This document shows positions 61,725-64,000 of a stretch of DNA of 64,000 bases, in pieces. Numbering within the stretch: position 1 is the stretch's first letter; every line of letters begins with the position of its first letter. A program made the translations under genes and the position numbers. Under the pieces are notes generated by a model that saw only the letters and a program-made list of their open reading frames with translations, was not told the DNA's origin and searched no databases. Origin of the DNA: Mobula hypostoma (lineage: Eukaryota); assembly GCF_963921235.1 (NCBI RefSeq), contig NC_086097.1:48920001-48984000 (forward strand), in the 5' to 3' direction.

Positions 61725-62235
61725 GCCTGTTTTATTACGTGCCTCCAAGTACCTTGAGACCTCGTCCTTAACAATCAACTCCTATGTCTTCCCAAACATT
61801 GAGGGCTGTCTAACTGGCCTATAATTTCCTTTCTTCTGCCTCTCTCCCTTCTTGAAGAGTGGAGTGGTATTTCCAATTTCCAGTCCTTCAAAACCGTAGC
61901 AGAGTCTAGAGATTTGTGAAAGATCATTACTAATGCCTGCACGATCTTCCCAGCTACCTCTTTCAGAATCCTGGGGTACAGTCTATCTGGTCCAGGTGAT
62001 ATCCATCTTCAGACACCATCTCTCTAGAAACAGTAATTGCACTCACTTCTGCCCTGACATTCTTAAGCTTCCGGCCTACTGCTAGTGTCTTCCATAGTAA
62101 CATACTTATTTAGTTTCTTTGTCTCCCATTACGACCTCTCCAGCATCATTTTTTAGCAGTCCGATATCTACGCTCGCCTCTCTTTTACATTTTATATATG
62201 TGAAAACTCTTTTGGTATCCTCCTTAATGTTGTTA
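61725..62235 (-). mobile_element. Degenerate CR1 ORF2 internal fragment
   Basis: Reverse complement similar to 27200-27720 (CTAACTGGCCTATAATTTCCTTTCTTCTGCCT). Confidence 0.7.
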
Positions 62236-63116
62236 GCTGTTGATATGAATGGCTTTGATTGCAAATGTCAGATTAAGTTACCTAAATTGGAAAATGCAAG
62301 CAAGAACTGCAGGAATAATTTATTTTTCTTCGGGGAAGTTTTTAACAAATGCCAATGTTGAAGTGATTGAAAAAAATCAACATGTAAAATGGATTTTGTG
62401 ATGTGCCAGAAATCAGTTATACTCTAATAAATCGTCTGAGCAGTGTCCTGATTAATCTACAACTGTATTTCACTTTACTAATAGGGACCTGGTTTAAAAA
62501 TTAAAGAATGAAGCAGCAGAATAAAGAAGAAAGTTAATTGATTGTGAGTGCTGGATGTATAGGAAGTACAATCAGATGCAAAGAGCATCTTTGTCAAGTT
62601 TGTGCTTTCACTGAAGATTGCTCAATATTGTATCCAGGTAGTGATATTACTGAAGAGGCCACCTGAACAAAGGTGACCAATCAGACTCTGACCTCATCTG
62701 TCACCTTTGCCTGAGTGGTTTCGGGAAGGTGCCCCTCGGCATCATCCTGAACCCACTGGATAGAAGGAGTCCATCTCTCCTCCACCAACAACTGCAAAGC
62801 AGAGACAGTCGAACATGGGTCATCTGTTGTTACTTCTCTGCATCTACCAATAATAGTTTTCAGTGATAGTTACCTGCATTTACAGAGCATGTTCCATTCA
62901 GATCTGCAAGCTGCTTTTAAGTACATTGCACAATATAAATGCCCTTTTTTCTTGCAATTGAACAGTACGAGTAGCAGGTAGTGCTGGTAGCCACCTGCAT
63001 TATTTAAGCAGGGTGCCCAGTGTGGCCTCCACTGCACATGTTTTGAGCAGGTCATCCTATTCTGTGCGTGATTCTGCACGCTTTTTAAATAAAACATGAT
63101 ACAGACGTGAGTCGTG

Positions 63117-63186
63117 TCCCGAAACAAAGACTATTTATTCCTCTCCTTAGATGCTGCCTGACCTGCTGAGTTCCTCCAGCATTTGT
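63117..63186 (+). mobile_element. Penelope-like pLTR 3' fragment
   Basis: CCCGAAAC...AGATGCTGCCTGACCTGCTGAGTTCCTCCAGCATTTG. Confidence 0.75.
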
Positions 63187-63721
63187 AGGCTTGATACCAA
63201 ACTTTTCAATAGTTTGCCTTAAACTATCATAATATTGTTTATCATATTGAGCATCATGTTCGATTAGTTGGAAGACCTTTTCAATTGATTATTTTATGAA
63301 GGTGTTGCCTTGTGATAATGAAATTACAACAGTCACTTTCTTTACTTAAGATATGACAGTTGCATACTCAAAGACTCCATAAGATCTTGTCATTAATGCC
63401 ATTACCCAGCAAATGTCCCTTGTTAGTATAGTTGTTTGTAGACCCATCTGTCATGTGGGAGACAGGTTCAATTCACCAGTGGTTTTAGTGCTTCCATATT
63501 AAATGGAATGGCAAGTTGTATTTTGCAGAGCAGACTGGATGGGCTGAATGGTATAATTCTGCTCCTATGCCTTATGGTCTTATATTTAAGGAATAATGGA
63601 TGAACAAGGATTGGTGTCTTGACCCACAGGAAGATTCATTAAGAATAAGAACAATGCCACTCCAATTTGAAAGATTCCAAACAACAAATCAAAAATGTCT
63701 TATTACTGTCTTAAACGGGTA

Positions 63722-63850
63722 AGATTCAGGTTCAGATACATCTATTTATCACATGTAATTGAAACATACAGTGGAATGCGTTAACAACAAATACAACCTA
63801 AGGATGTCCACAAATGTCGCCACACATTCCAGTGCCGATATTGCAGGCCC
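63722..63850 (-). mobile_element. SINE 3' tail fragment
   Basis: Similar to 22005-22130 (TTTAT...GAAACATACAGTG...AGGATG...GTCGCC). Confidence 0.6.
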
Positions 63851-63857
63851 CCAATGT

Positions 63858-64000
63858 AACACACACAAAATGCTATCACCTATCACCTGGTGTTTCACTC
63901 TCCCCTCCCACCACCTTTTGAATCTACTTCTCAGCTTTTTTTTTTCCCCGGTCCTGTCGAAACGTTTCAGCCCGAAATGTGGACTGTACTTTTTTTCCAC
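63858..64000 (+). mobile_element. Penelope-like pLTR cut by the window edge, degenerate hammerhead at 63950-63986
   Basis: TCACCTATCACCTGG...GGTCCTGTCGAAACGTTTCAGCCCGAAATGTGGACTG, similar to 48220-48345. Confidence 0.7.

Noticed and set aside
1..64000. CRISPR arrays, operons, rRNA or other prokaryotic systems
   Set aside because: None seen; the sequence is vertebrate repeat-rich DNA

Overview
Vertebrate nuclear DNA, AT-rich and repeat-dense, with no confidently identifiable host gene, so most likely a large intron or intergenic tract. The repeat mix (HE1/V-SINEs, DeuSINE-like remnant, abundant CR1, Rex1/Babar, Penelope-like, Nimb/I, HERO, Tc1) points to a cartilaginous fish, probably a ray (inference). 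Nearly all long ORFs are retrotransposon fragments. The most notable signal is about 10 copies of a minimal type-I hammerhead ribozyme core (AGUC-CUGACGA-stem II-GAAACGUC^GACU) inside Penelope-like pLTR sequence, including short fold-back elements carrying two inverted hammerheads between clean 11-13 bp target-site duplications, with stem covariation between subfamilies. Also present: an internally deleted miniature Rex1 element, a tRNA-headed SINE with a (TTC) tail and TSD, two related structured LINE 5'UTR-like inserts, nested insertions, a consensus CTCF site and several unexplained hairpins. All calls were made by eye; boundaries of degraded repeats are approximate.
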